Assembly (NCBI GenBank): GCA_963664395.2
Contig: OY761159.2
Span: forward strand, 3,616,001 to 3,680,000
Source: Candidatus Binatia bacterium
Lineage (GTDB): Bacteria > Desulfobacterota > Binatia > Bin18
Length of the DNA: 64,000 bases
Direction of reading: 5' to 3'
This document shows positions 30,049 to 41,500 of the stretch, one piece after another. The position numbers and the translations under genes are program-made. Each line of letters opens with the position of its first letter. The stretch's first letter is position 1. Under the pieces are notes generated by a model. That model was given only the letters and a program-made list of their open reading frames with translations. It was not told the origin of the DNA and did not search any database.

Positions 30049-30286
30049 ACGCGGTGTTTTGAAAGACCTGGGTTCGTTGCCGAAAGATGTCAGAGGCTGT
30101 GCCGCGCTCTCGATACTCGAACTGGCTACGTCGCCTTCGCCACAAGGGGTTGAAAAGTTGAAAGGATACGAACGGCTGTATCGTATCCGTGTTGGCGATT
30201 ACCGTATTGTCTACGAAATCGCCGGAGAAGACGTGACAATTGTTGCCGTCAGTCATAGGAAAGACGTTTATCGCGATCTTCAATAG
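30029..30286 (+). CDS. RelE/ParE-family toxin
   Basis: KLKG...YRIRVGDYRIVYEI...HRKDVYR. Confidence 0.92.
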   Translation: MLKLAIKRGVLKDLGSLPKDVRGCAALSILELATSPSPQGVEKLKGYERLYRIRVGDYRIVYEIAGEDVTIVAVSHRKDVYRDLQ

Positions 30287-30448
30287 CTGCCGTTGATCGG
30301 AAGATGCGTTGCCGTCTGCTTGTGGTAGCCTGGAAAGCCGTTGTCACGAGGTCGGGGCCTCTCTGCTAAACAGATCGTTCTGGTGATTATCTGGATCGCG
30401 ATCTGCCCTATCTTGCCTTCATCACGCTCTCTTCGTAATTGGTAAAAG

Positions 30449-33400
30449 ATGTCTCGCAAGGAATATAATTGGAAGCGGTTCTGGTCCCCAAGGGGAGAGT
30501 CTATCAACCTCTCTTATGATGGGTATTTACCAAATCCCGATGACAAATGGGATCAGTACAACAACCCCAATGTTGTTCCCTTTGATGCCATATCAGAGAC
30601 TCCATGTCTGGCTCTTCTTGGGGAGCCGGGTATTGGGAAAAGCTACACTCTGGAATCCGTACAAAAGGCTATGGAAGTCCAGGTTGCGGAGGGCGATGTT
30701 AGGCCGCTGATCCTGAACCTCCGCTCCTATGGCAATGAAGACAGATTGGTCCGAGACCTCTTTGAAAGCGGAACCGTCAGAGATTGGCAGAATGGCGATT
30801 ATCGACTGTATATTTTTCTTGACAGCCTTGATGAATGCCTTTTACGAATCGATACCGTCGCAGCTCTTCTCGTTGACAAACTAAAAAAGCTTCCCGTCCA
30901 TCGCCTGTCTCTCCGTATTGCCTGCCGGACCGCAGATTGGCCAAACAATCTCGAAGAAGGGTTAAAGGAATTATGGGGAGAGGAGGATTTTCGAGCATAC
31001 GAGCTAGATCCCCTCCGAAAGCAAGATGTTATTGAGGCCGTGCAAGCAAATAGCTTGGACTCAGAAGCATTCATGGAAGCGGTTTCCGCAGCCGCAGCGG
31101 TTCCTTTTGCAATAAAACCTGTCACCCTAGAATTTCTTATCAACACATACCGTCGCCGTAAGCAGCTTCCTTCTTCTCAAGCAGAACTATACCTCGAAGG
31201 CTGCCGTTGTCTCTGTGAGGAGACAAACGAAGACCGTCGTACTGCTGGCCGTACTGGCGTTCTTTCTACCGGCTGGCGACTCGTAATTGCTGCCCGCATA
31301 GCGGCAGTAACTCTACTCTCCAACAGGGACGCAATCTGGAAAGGACTCGATATCGGCGAAGTGCCGGATGAAGATATAATCCTGAGGAAGTTGGCTGGTG
31401 GAACCGAGCAAGTTAATGAGACAGCATTTCAAGTAACTGAGGCACACATTCGGGAAGTATTGGACACGGGTCTTTTCTCCGCACATGGTCCGCAGCGTAT
31501 GGGCTGGGCGCATCAGACCTACGCGGAATATCTTGCTGCGCGTTATCTCCACAGCAAGATGACGAATGACCAAATCATGAGTTTGCTGACTCATCCCGAT
31601 GATCGTGAAGGACGGCTAGTTCCTCAACTGCGTTCAACCGCCGCTTGGCTGGTGAACTTGGAACCGGGTCGTTTTTTCCAAGACCTCATGAAAGCCGACG
31701 CCGAGGTCTTGCTCTATTGTGATCTGTCTACAGTGAGTGAAGGGAATAAGAGGGCGCTCGTTGATACTCTCCTATCACTCTACGATGAGGAGAAGCTGCT
31801 TGATGACGATTGGGGATTGTATGAACAATACGAAAAGCTGAATCACCCTGATCTGGCCGATCAACTCAAGCCCTATATTTGTGACCCAACCAAAGGATTC
31901 CTTGTTCGGAGAGTGGCAATCAACATTGCTGAATCGTGTAAGCTGCAAACACTCCAAGATGATCTGCTTGGGGTCGCGCTTGACAACTCTCAGCGCTTAG
32001 AGACCCGCGTTGAAGCAGCCTGCGCAGTTGCCCGCGTCGGGGATGAAACCGTGCGAGCAAAGCTAAAACCTCTGGCTATCACCGGAGGAGATAACGATCT
32101 GCGGGATGAATTGAAAGGGTATGCTCTTAAGGCCCTATGGCCGGGTCTCATAACAGCAGAGGAATTGTTTTCTGTCCTTACTCCACCGAAAGCCAAGAAT
32201 TTCGCCGGAGCGTATTCTAGTTTTCTTAGCAAGGATTTAGTCCCTTCTCTCCAAGAGGCTGATTTGTCTATCGCTCTACAATGGGCAGACAAGGAGGAAA
32301 GTCTCTACCGGGATACTTATCTAAAGGGAGAGAGGCTGCATCGGGGTACTTACCTGCATGAAAGAATTATCGACGCGATCATGCTCAAGGCATGGAATAA
32401 TCCCGATCAGCCAGGGATAAGCAGAGGGTTCGCTAAGATCGCCCTACTGAGACTAGAGCAACATAGAGACATAATAGGCAAGAGATATAACTCAGAGCAC
32501 GCGGATATTCTTGCGAGCAACGAGGAGAGACGCAGAAAAGTTCTCCACGTTATCCCCTCCCTCATTGCAGACTCATCAGACCAGGCAGTGTTCAGAGTGG
32601 CATCCTATATGATGCGTCAAAAAATGATCTTGAAGAAAGACGTTCCATGGATGATTGAGCGTCTCATGGAGACTATCTCCGAAAAAGAGCAAACTATCTG
32701 GGCACGTTTTATAGGGAGGTTATTTGACAGAGAAGATGCCGAACAGGTGGATTCAATTCTGACGACTTGTCAGCATAACCAAGTGCTTTCAGAGGTATGT
32801 AGCTGGCTTCTCAGAATATGGGACCTCTCTTCCGACGACACTCAAAAAGAGAGAGAAGGATACCGAGAGAGGCAGGGATGGGAGGAAGCGCATCACGATC
32901 AGCCCTTGTTGGACCCCCCACCTGCGGAGCGGATAGAAATCCTCTTAAGAGAGTGTGAGGAAGGGAACCTTAACGCTTGGTGGCAACTGAATCTAGAAAT
33001 GACTCTTGAGCCTACCAGCACGCATTATGAAGATGATCTCGAATCAGACTTGACAGCTCTTCCCGGCTGGAGGGATGCGAATCGGACTCTAAAAGCACGC
33101 TTGGTGGCAGTGGCAAAGCGGTACATTCAGGAGAGGGAAGTAGAGCGAGAGAAACAGATTTGCACTAACAAAGCGGCATCTGGAAGCCCTGTCATTATCC
33201 ACCGCCCAGCGCTCGCAGGATATCGAGCTTTTCGACTCTTGTTACAGGAGGAAGAAGATTTTGCAGTTCGCCTCGACCCCTCCGTATGGAAAAGATGGGC
33301 GTCCGTTATCATTAGCTATCCTCTTTCAGGTGATGTAGGGGCAGAAGAATCTCACCGTACCCTGATAAGTCAGGCGTATGCCTCCGCACCCGAAGAAGTC

Positions 33401-34735
33401 ATTGAAAGCCTCATGATCTTAATTGATCGAGAGAACCGTGAACACCAGTCTGTTTGGATTATCGAGAACATAAAACATTGTTGGGACGAACGTCTGGCAA
33501 ATGCGTTGTTGTCTAAGGTTAAGGTTAAGGATACTCAATTAAAACCTGGAAGCATGCGAAAGCTGTTGGACGAATTGATTATTCATAGTGTCCAGGAAGC
33601 GAGAAATTTGGCAGAAGGATTGATCCAGGCACGATATAGCTCCGATCAAGAACGGCAAGCGAAAGCAGTCCAGGCCGCCGCGTCTCTTTTCCTACACTCT
33701 GAAGATGCTGGTTGGTCGACTATATGGCCGTTAATCGAAAAGGAGCCCAGCTTCGGGGAAAAGATATTCGGGGAGATTGTACAGGAGAGTAGGCATTCTC
33801 TAAATCGGCATTTGACAGAAGATCAATGGGCAGATGTATACATCTGGCTCTCCTGCCAATATCCACATGCCGAAGACCCACAGGAAGAAGGAGCACATCG
33901 GGTCACGCCTCGGGAGAGCATTGGGAATTGGCGAGACTTAATCTTAAGCTTTCTTAAGGAGTTGGGGACAGTTGACGCTTGCGGGGCGATCCAGAAAATT
34001 TCTGAAGCTCGGCCTGAATTAGACTTTATTAAATGGGTGCTGATTCAGGCCCGAGAGAAGACGCGAGCGAAAACATGGTTTTCCCCTCAGCCGGAAGTAA
34101 TTCTTCAACTCTCCAGGGATCGAAAATCCTGCTTGGTACAAAATGGAAGCCAGCTTCTTGCCGCCCTCATCGAATCTTTGAAGCGAGCAGAAGAGAAGCT
34201 CCAAGGCGAAACACCCGCCGCCGAGTTTCTATGGAATAAGATAGGCAAAGACGCTTATAGACCTAAGGATGAGAATTCGTTCTCTAATTGGCTGAAGCTT
34301 CACCTTGAGGATGACCTAAAGACGCGAGGAATTATCACAAATCGAGAAGTTGAAATCCGTCGAGGAGAAGGAACGGGACAAGGAGAACGAACGGACATCT
34401 ATGTAAACGCCATCATTCGAGAACATCCAGAGAATAATCTCTATGATCAGATCACCGCTATCATCGAAGTAAAAGGTTGCTGGCATAAAGAACTCAAGGA
34501 TGCCATGCAAACGCAGCTCGCCGAGCGTTATCTAAAGGATAACCAATGCGATCATGGCTTATACCTTGTCGGATGGTTTCCCTGCGATCAGTGGGACAAA
34601 AAGGATCGAAGAAAATCGCAAACTCCGAAGATGAGGCTCGAACAGGCACGTAAAAATTTCGCTTGCCAAGCCCGAGAGCTTTCACAAAACGGGAAAACGA
34701 TTGAGTCTTTTGTAATGAACACCGCCCTTCGATGA
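30449..34735 (+). CDS. NACHT/STAND NTPase with helical sensor region and C-terminal PD-(D/E)xK-like domain (Avs-like)
   Basis: Walker A GEPGIGKS, Walker B IFLDSLDE, IACR sensor, WAHQTYAEYLAA winged-helix signature, C-terminal E...REVE...RTDI...IIEVK. Confidence 0.8.
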   Translation: MSRKEYNWKRFWSPRGESINLSYDGYLPNPDDKWDQYNNPNVVPFDAISETPCLALLGEPGIGKSYTLESVQKAMEVQVAEGDVRPLILNLRSYGNEDRLVRDLFESGTVRDWQNGDYRLYIFLDSLDECLLRIDTVAALLVDKLKKLPVHRLSLRIACRTADWPNNLEEGLKELWGEEDFRAYELDPLRKQDVIEAVQANSLDSEAFMEAVSAAAAVPFAIKPVTLEFLINTYRRRKQLPSSQAELYLEGCRCLCEETNEDRRTAGRTGVLSTGWRLVIAARIAAVTLLSNRDAIWKGLDIGEVPDEDIILRKLAGGTEQVNETAFQVTEAHIREVLDTGLFSAHGPQRMGWAHQTYAEYLAARYLHSKMTNDQIMSLLTHPDDREGRLVPQLRSTAAWLVNLEPGRFFQDLMKADAEVLLYCDLSTVSEGNKRALVDTLLSLYDEEKLLDDDWGLYEQYEKLNHPDLADQLKPYICDPTKGFLVRRVAINIAESCKLQTLQDDLLGVALDNSQRLETRVEAACAVARVGDETVRAKLKPLAITGGDNDLRDELKGYALKALWPGLITAEELFSVLTPPKAKNFAGAYSSFLSKDLVPSLQEADLSIALQWADKEESLYRDTYLKGERLHRGTYLHERIIDAIMLKAWNNPDQPGISRGFAKIALLRLEQHRDIIGKRYNSEHADILASNEERRRKVLHVIPSLIADSSDQAVFRVASYMMRQKMILKKDVPWMIERLMETISEKEQTIWARFIGRLFDREDAEQVDSILTTCQHNQVLSEVCSWLLRIWDLSSDDTQKEREGYRERQGWEEAHHDQPLLDPPPAERIEILLRECEEGNLNAWWQLNLEMTLEPTSTHYEDDLESDLTALPGWRDANRTLKARLVAVAKRYIQEREVEREKQICTNKAASGSPVIIHRPALAGYRAFRLLLQEEEDFAVRLDPSVWKRWASVIISYPLSGDVGAEESHRTLISQAYASAPEEVIESLMILIDRENREHQSVWIIENIKHCWDERLANALLSKVKVKDTQLKPGSMRKLLDELIIHSVQEARNLAEGLIQARYSSDQERQAKAVQAAASLFLHSEDAGWSTIWPLIEKEPSFGEKIFGEIVQESRHSLNRHLTEDQWADVYIWLSCQYPHAEDPQEEGAHRVTPRESIGNWRDLILSFLKELGTVDACGAIQKISEARPELDFIKWVLIQAREKTRAKTWFSPQPEVILQLSRDRKSCLVQNGSQLLAALIESLKRAEEKLQGETPAAEFLWNKIGKDAYRPKDENSFSNWLKLHLEDDLKTRGIITNREVEIRRGEGTGQGERTDIYVNAIIREHPENNLYDQITAIIEVKGCWHKELKDAMQTQLAERYLKDNQCDHGLYLVGWFPCDQWDKKDRRKSQTPKMRLEQARKNFACQARELSQNGKTIESFVMNTALR

Positions 34736-34769
34736 CTCTATTCTACCTGAAAAAACAAGAAGAGACGCC

Positions 34770-37700
34770 ATGCCTCGTATTTTCGACAATATCGAACAGC
34801 ATCTCCAGCCTGTATTAGCCGAGACCCTGAAGCTTGCCGACCGGGCCGACTTCTGTGTCGGATATTTCAACTTGCGCGGCTGGCGGTTGATCGATTCATA
34901 TGTGGAACAATGGGACGGGGGCGAGGGGCATTGCTGCCGTGTCCTTGTCGGAATGCAGCGCTTGCCACACGAGGAATTTAGGATAGCCAGAAGTCTGTCC
35001 GCCGGCCAATCGGCACTCGACAATCAGACGGCGCTTCGGCTCAAAAAAAGACTCGCCGAAGAATTTCGAGAACAACTGACACTCGGTGCGCCGAGTAATG
35101 AAGACGAGACGGGCCTGCGCAGGTTGGCGAAGCAGATCAAGGCAAAGAAGGTTGTCGTCAAGCTGTTCCTCAGACATCCGCTCCATGCCAAGCTCTACCT
35201 CCTGTTTCGGCCCGACCCGATCAACCCGATCACCGGCTATCTGGGAAGCAGCAACCTTACCCAAGCAGGGCTCTCTCATCAGGGTGAACTCAATATTGAC
35301 GTGCTCGACCATGACGCCAGTCAGAAGCTCGCCACATGGTTTGAAGATCGATGGAATGACCGCTGGTGCGTCGATATATCGAAAGAGCTTGTTGAGATTA
35401 TTGAAGAGAGTTGGGCACGTGAAGAACTGATTCCGCCCCACCACATCTACATCAAAATCGCCTACCATTTATCGCAGGAAGCACGGGCTGGGTTGACCGA
35501 ATTTCGCATCCCAAAGGACTTTGGGAATAAGCTGCTCGACTTCCAGACAGCGGCAGTAAAAATCGCGGCGCATCATCTGAACCGGCGGGGAGGCGTTATC
35601 ATCGGTGATGTTGTCGGACTGGGCAAAACGCTCATGGCGACCGCCCTGGCGCGCGTGTTCGAGGACGACCACGGACTCGAAACCTTAATCATTTGCCCCA
35701 AGAACCTTGTTCCAATGTGGGAGGATTATCGTGAGCAGTACCGAATGCGTGCTCGCGTCCTGTCGATCACCCGCGCGATCAGAGAGCTGCCCGACATGCG
35801 TCGTTACCGCTTGGTGCTGATCGACGAGAGTCATAACCTGAGGAACCGGGAAGGTAAGCGATACCGGGCCATTCAGGAATACATTCAGGAAAACGACAGC
35901 AAATGTATCCTGCTGTCGGCAACGCCCTATAACAAGACGTATTTGGATCTGTCCAGCCAACTCCGTCTGTTCGTGTCCGAGGATGAAGACTTGGGGATCC
36001 GCCCGGAACGCTTGCTGAGAGAGATGGGCGAGACGGGGTTCGTGCGCCAGCATCAAGCGCCGGTTCGGTCCCTGGCCGCGTTCGAGAAATCCGAGCATGC
36101 AGAGGACTGGCACGAACTCATGCGTCTTTATCTCGTCCGCCGGACCCGTGGCTTCATCCAGAACAACTATGCTACCACCGACCCGGCCACCGGGCGTCAA
36201 TACTTGACGTTTGAAGACGGCAGAAAATCCTATTTCCCGACACGGGTCCCAAAGACGGTACAGTTTAATATCGACGGCCAATATGGCCAGTTGTTCGCGG
36301 ACGATGTGGTTGAGGCCATAAATCGTTTGGAACTGCCACGCTATGGGCTCGGCAACTACAGCTCTGATGTTCCGCGTACACCGCCGACACAAGCCGAAGC
36401 CACAATCTTGAACGACCTGTCGCGCGCCGGTAAGCGTCTGATGGGTTTCTGCCGGACTAATCTGTTCAAACGTCTGGAGAGTAGCGGTCATGCCTTTCTG
36501 CTGTCAGTCGAACGCCACATTCTCAGAAACTTCATCTTTCTGCACGCGCTGGAGAATGATCTGTCGCTCCCAATCGGAACGACGGACGCTGGGCTGCTGG
36601 ACCCGCAGTCGTTTGACGAAGATGCCGAGCAGGCCGTTGGCGACATCTTCGATACGGAGGACGACGAAGACAACGGCGAACCCGGAGGAACGACTTCGCT
36701 GAGGACCGAAGAGGATTTTCGCAACCGCGCTGCCGCAGTCTACGCACTGTTTACCGATAAATACAGGAAGCGGTTTCGCTGGCTGGCCTCGCATCACTTT
36801 AAGGCAGACCTGGGCAAAGCCCTCAGGGCCGATGCTGAGATTCTCCGCAATCTCCTGGTCACGTTCGGCGAGTGGCGAGCCGTGGACGATACGAAGTTGG
36901 ACGCACTGCAAGAAGTGCTTGTGAATCGACACCAGGAATACAAAGTACTGGTCTTCACGCAATTCGCCGACACGGTGCGCTATCTTGAAAACGAGTTGAA
37001 GGCGCGTGGAGTGTCGGGCATGGCTGCGGTAACAGGAGACACGCCGAACCTGACGGAACTAGTCTGGCGGTTCAGCCCGAGGAGCAACGAGAAGGACACC
37101 CCCGCCGAAGAAGAACTGCGCGTGCTGATCGCGACCGATGTGCTGAGCGAGGGGCAGAATTTGCAAGACTGCGCCGTTGTGGTGAACTACGACCTGCCGT
37201 GGGCCATTATCCGTCTGATTCAACGTGCTGGCCGTGTGGACCGTATCGGCCAGCAGGCGGACGCCATCCTGTGTTACTCCTTTCTTCCGGCCGAAGGGAT
37301 TGAGCGTCTGATTCGGCTTCGCGCCCGCGTGCGGACACGCCTTCAAGAGAACGCCGAGGTGGTGGGAACGGACGAGGCATTCTTCGAGGACGAGGACAAA
37401 CAGACCGTGCTTGACCTGTATAACGAAAAGGCCGGTATTCTCGACAGTGACGACGAGATGGACATCGATCTGTCCTCGTATGCGTATCAAATCTGGCGGA
37501 ACGCGACGCAGGCTGACCCGTCGCTCAGAAAGAAAATCGAAGATATGCCTTCTGTTGTCCATTCATCGAAAGCCCATCAACCACAGCCGCAGCGACCGGC
37601 AGGAGCGCTTGTCTATACGCGCACCGCCCAGGGGTACGACGCATTGGCCTGGATAAACCGCGATGCTAAGAGCGTGACTGAGAGCCAATTCGAGATTCTA

Positions 37701-38123
37701 CGTGCTGCGGAATGCGCGCCCGATACGCCGGCTCTCCCCCGGCATGACACGCATCATGAGCTGGTCAGCAAAGCCGCAGAACATATCGCCCGTGAGGAAA
37801 AGCAGGTTGGCGGCCAACTCGGCCGGCCCTCGGGTGCCAGGTTTCGTGTATACGAACGGCTCAAAGGCTATGCTGAAAGCGTCAAGGGTACACTGTTCGA
37901 TACCGGACCACTCCGGCGTGCAATCGACGACATCTATCGCTATCCCTTGCGACAGGCTGCGGTGGATACGCTGAACCGTCAGTTGCGAAGTGGGGTATCC
38001 GACCAGACCCTTGCCGAGTTGGTCATTGCGCTCCGGGATGACGACCGGCTGTGCATTGTCCATGACGAGGACGAAGGTCAGGAACCACGCCTCATCTGCT
38101 CAATGGGGTTGATAGGGCACTGA
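34770..38123 (+). CDS. PLD-family nuclease fused to SNF2-type helicase
   Basis: HAKLY...GSSNLT...ELN (PLD), GDVVGLGKT, DESH, SATP, VFTQF, SEGQNLQ, QRAGRVDRIG. Confidence 0.9.
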   Translation: MPRIFDNIEQHLQPVLAETLKLADRADFCVGYFNLRGWRLIDSYVEQWDGGEGHCCRVLVGMQRLPHEEFRIARSLSAGQSALDNQTALRLKKRLAEEFREQLTLGAPSNEDETGLRRLAKQIKAKKVVVKLFLRHPLHAKLYLLFRPDPINPITGYLGSSNLTQAGLSHQGELNIDVLDHDASQKLATWFEDRWNDRWCVDISKELVEIIEESWAREELIPPHHIYIKIAYHLSQEARAGLTEFRIPKDFGNKLLDFQTAAVKIAAHHLNRRGGVIIGDVVGLGKTLMATALARVFEDDHGLETLIICPKNLVPMWEDYREQYRMRARVLSITRAIRELPDMRRYRLVLIDESHNLRNREGKRYRAIQEYIQENDSKCILLSATPYNKTYLDLSSQLRLFVSEDEDLGIRPERLLREMGETGFVRQHQAPVRSLAAFEKSEHAEDWHELMRLYLVRRTRGFIQNNYATTDPATGRQYLTFEDGRKSYFPTRVPKTVQFNIDGQYGQLFADDVVEAINRLELPRYGLGNYSSDVPRTPPTQAEATILNDLSRAGKRLMGFCRTNLFKRLESSGHAFLLSVERHILRNFIFLHALENDLSLPIGTTDAGLLDPQSFDEDAEQAVGDIFDTEDDEDNGEPGGTTSLRTEEDFRNRAAAVYALFTDKYRKRFRWLASHHFKADLGKALRADAEILRNLLVTFGEWRAVDDTKLDALQEVLVNRHQEYKVLVFTQFADTVRYLENELKARGVSGMAAVTGDTPNLTELVWRFSPRSNEKDTPAEEELRVLIATDVLSEGQNLQDCAVVVNYDLPWAIIRLIQRAGRVDRIGQQADAILCYSFLPAEGIERLIRLRARVRTRLQENAEVVGTDEAFFEDEDKQTVLDLYNEKAGILDSDDEMDIDLSSYAYQIWRNATQADPSLRKKIEDMPSVVHSSKAHQPQPQRPAGALVYTRTAQGYDALAWINRDAKSVTESQFEILRAAECAPDTPALPRHDTHHELVSKAAEHIAREEKQVGGQLGRPSGARFRVYERLKGYAESVKGTLFDTGPLRRAIDDIYRYPLRQAAVDTLNRQLRSGVSDQTLAELVIALRDDDRLCIVHDEDEGQEPRLICSMGLIGH

Positions 38124-38150
38124 TACATTCCGCTATGCTTGATGCCGTTA

Positions 38151-38177
38151 CCTTACCTACATAGAGCCTCTGTAAGG
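38151..38177. promoter_or_regulatory. Putative AbrB autoregulatory operator
   Basis: CCTTAC-N15-GTAAGG inverted repeat just upstream of the abrB-like start. Confidence 0.45.
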
Positions 38178-38185
38178 AAAAACGT

Positions 38186-38428
38186 ATGATTGTTAAAATC
38201 ACCTCAAAACGCCAAGTCACCCTCCCGACACAGGTGCTAGACGCGCTCGGCGTTGGTCCCGGCGATCAACTCGACCTGGAAGAAAGCCCCGAAGGATTCA
38301 TTCTGCGACCGCGGCGGATAGACTATTCCAAGCTAGGCTTTCTCAAAGACAAGATTGATCCCACAGTCGAGCCGTTCGATATCGAGAAGTTCAGGAGTGA
38401 GCCCTATGACCCGTCGTTACGGGATTGA
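38186..38428 (+). CDS. AbrB/MazE/SpoVT-family antitoxin
   Basis: KITSKRQVTLP...LGVGPGD. Confidence 0.88.
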   Translation: MIVKITSKRQVTLPTQVLDALGVGPGDQLDLEESPEGFILRPRRIDYSKLGFLKDKIDPTVEPFDIEKFRSEPYDPSLRD

Positions 38429-38513
38429 TACCTCCGACTATCCCTGCGTTGACCTGGAAGTCTTGACGCTGGACCGTCAGAGGGTCGCCTTATCCAATGT
38501 CCGGCGACTCTAA
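38406..38513 (+). pseudogene. Internally deleted PIN/VapC toxin remnant
   Basis: 35-aa ORF MTRRYGIDTS|DYPCVDLEVLTLDRQRVALSNVRRL: PIN start motif joined to PIN end motif, overlapping the antitoxin stop. Confidence 0.7.
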
Positions 38514-38534
38514 AACCCACCGAGGACACTGCCA

Positions 38535-41500
38535 ATGCCGACACCTCTCGACAGAGATAAAATCAGAAAATATCTGGAAGACTTCAACCTCCGCGCCCTA
38601 TTTGTCGAGGAGCTTGGCTGGGACCACGGCGGCGAGAACATAGAAGTTACAGTCGCAAGCAAGCCGTTCGTTCTTGAAGCCATCGCCCACAAGCGCGGCA
38701 TGGTCGTCTACCAACACGTTGCTGATACAGACGAGGCCTTCCCTGACCATCCCACCCGCCAGAAGATCGAAAAAACCGTTGCCAAGACCGTCCGTGAACA
38801 CCTCATCGTGTACGCCCCGCCCGACCAGAGCGCGCAGTATTGGCAATGGGTAAAACGTGAACCCGGCCAGCCCGATCGGTCTCGCCAGCATATTTATCAC
38901 CGGGACCAGCCGGGCGAGGCGCTGATCCAGAAGCTGGAGCAGCTTGTCTTTACGCTGGACGAAGAAGATGATCTGACCATCGTTGACGTTTCGGGCCGGG
39001 TGCGTGCGGCGTTCGACGTGGAAAAGATCACCAAGAAGTTCTACGACCGTTTCAAGCAGGAACATCACGCCTTTCTGGAATTCATCGAAGGCATACAGAA
39101 CATCGCTGACCGGGAATGGTACGCCTCGCTCATGCTGAACCGGATGATGTTCATCTACTTCATCCAGAAGCGTGGTTTTCTCGACAACAACATGGACTAT
39201 CTGCGCGACCGTCTGGAAAGAGTGCGGCAGCAGGGAGGCGGCAACTTCCTCAGTTTCTACCGCCTGTTCCTGCTGCGGCTGTTTCACGAAGGATTGGGCC
39301 AACCCGAGGCCGACCGCGTCCCTGAATTGGTGGAGTTGCTCGGCCAAGTTCCGTATCTCAACGGCGGCCTGTTTGACGTACACGACTTGGAGCGTGACAA
39401 CCCGAAAATACACATTCCCGATGAAGCCTTTCAGAACATCTTCGCCTTTTTCGACGCCTATCAATGGCATCTCGATAACCGTCCGCTTCGGAACGACAAC
39501 GAGATCAATCCCGACGTGCTGGGCTATATCTTCGAGAAATACATCAACCAGAAGCAGATGGGGGCCTACTATACCAAGGAGGACATTACCGGCTACATCA
39601 GCCGCAACACCATTCTTCCCTTCCTGTTCGACCGGGCGAAAAAGGCGTGTCCGATTGCCTTCACGTCTGGCGGCGGAGTGTGGCGGCTGTTATCCGACGA
39701 CCCCGACCGCTATTTTTACGAGGCAGTCCGCCACGGCATCACCTTTGACATCCATAAAAAAGAGGACCTTGCGGAAAAGCGCGAGCTGCCGCCCGACATC
39801 GCCGCTGGCCTGAACGACGTGTCCAAACGCGGGGGATGGAACAAGGCGGCCCCAGCCGACTATGCTTTGCCAACCGAAACTTGGCGCGAGCATGTTGCCC
39901 GGCGTCAGCGCTACGAGGAAATCCGAGCCAAACTGGCCGCCGGCGAGGTTACGTCGATCAACGACCTCATCACCTACAATCTGGACATCGAGAAATTCGC
40001 CCTGGACGTGATAGCCGGGAGCGAAGGGCCGGAACTGGTCCGCGCCTTCTGGAAAGCGCTCAACGCGGTTTCCGTCCTTGACCCGACGTGCGGGTCTGGC
40101 GCGTTCCTGTTCGCGGCGCTCAACATTCTGGAGCCGCTGTACACGGCCTGTCTGGAGGTCATGCGCGGCTTTCTGGATGATCTGGAGCGCTCGCAACGCA
40201 AGCACCGTCCGGAGAAACTGCGCGACTTACGCACGGTGTTAGAACAGGTCGCCGCGCACGCCAGTGAAAGCTATTTCATTCACAAGTCCATTATTGTCAA
40301 TAACCTGTACGGTGTAGACATCATGGAAGAGGCCGTAGAAATCTGCAAACTGCGTCTGTTCCTGAAGCTCGTTGCGCAGTTGGAACGCTACGAGCAGATT
40401 GAGCCGTTGCCTGATGTTGATTTCAACGTCCGTGCCGGTAACACGCTCGTTGGTTTTGCTTCACTTGAGGAAGTGAAAAATGCGCTGAGCGCCGACCTGA
40501 TAAAACAGTTGTCCCTTCCTCAGATAGAAGAGCGCGCCGAAATCGCCGACCGCGCCTTTCGTAAGTTCCGTGAAATGCAGACCGAGCACGGCATGGACGC
40601 CAGCGAGTTCGCCGTCACCAAGGTGGAATTACGGAAACGACTTGACGACCTGCGCAACGAGTTAGACCTGTATTTGGCGGGTGATTACGGGGTCAAGGTG
40701 AAAAGTAAACGAGCGTATAAAAAATGGCGTGACAGCCATCAGCCGTTTCACTGGTTCGTTGAGTTTTACGGGATTATGCACGGCGGTGGGTTCGACGTGA
40801 TTATAGGTAATCCGCCGTATGTCGAGTACAGAAAAGTGAAGGAGTCCTATAGAGTACTAGGCTTTTACACTAAACGGACTGCCAACCTCTATTCTTTCAC
40901 AGCCGAACAATCCGAGAGATTACTTTGTGCAAAAGGACGTGTCGGCCTAATCATTCCCGTATCTTTTGCTTCCTCAGATTTATTTGAACCACTTCGACAA
41001 TTATTTTGGGAGACAAATCGGCCTTTGTGGCTTTCCCATTTCTCCAATAGGCCGGGGCAGCTCTTCTCTGGCGCACAGAATAGATTAACAATTCTCCTTG
41101 CGGGAGAAAAAGGATCACAAATAGCTTTTTCAACGAGATATCATCGTTGGGACGAAAAACGTGGGGAGCGTTCGTCCCTCTTTCAGACTCTTCAGTACAT
41201 TGGCCTCGGGGACCCAACCCGATTACTTCATGGACTTTTTTGTAAGAGTGGATCGAAAGAATCAGTCTCAGCTCTAGGAAAAATCGATGTTGATACGACG
41301 ATCCGTGAGCATTTATCAAAATCGGGATCAGCCTCTGTTCACTGGGTCCGTGTTCCTGGCTACTTTTGTCAGTTCTTTCTGAAGCCACCACTGGTACGAA
41401 CAGAGGACGGGGGCCAAGTAAGGGTCAGAGGAGAAGTCAAAACCATCTACACAGCAGATGAGGGACTGCGGCACGTAATCCACGCTCTTCTGAATAGCTC

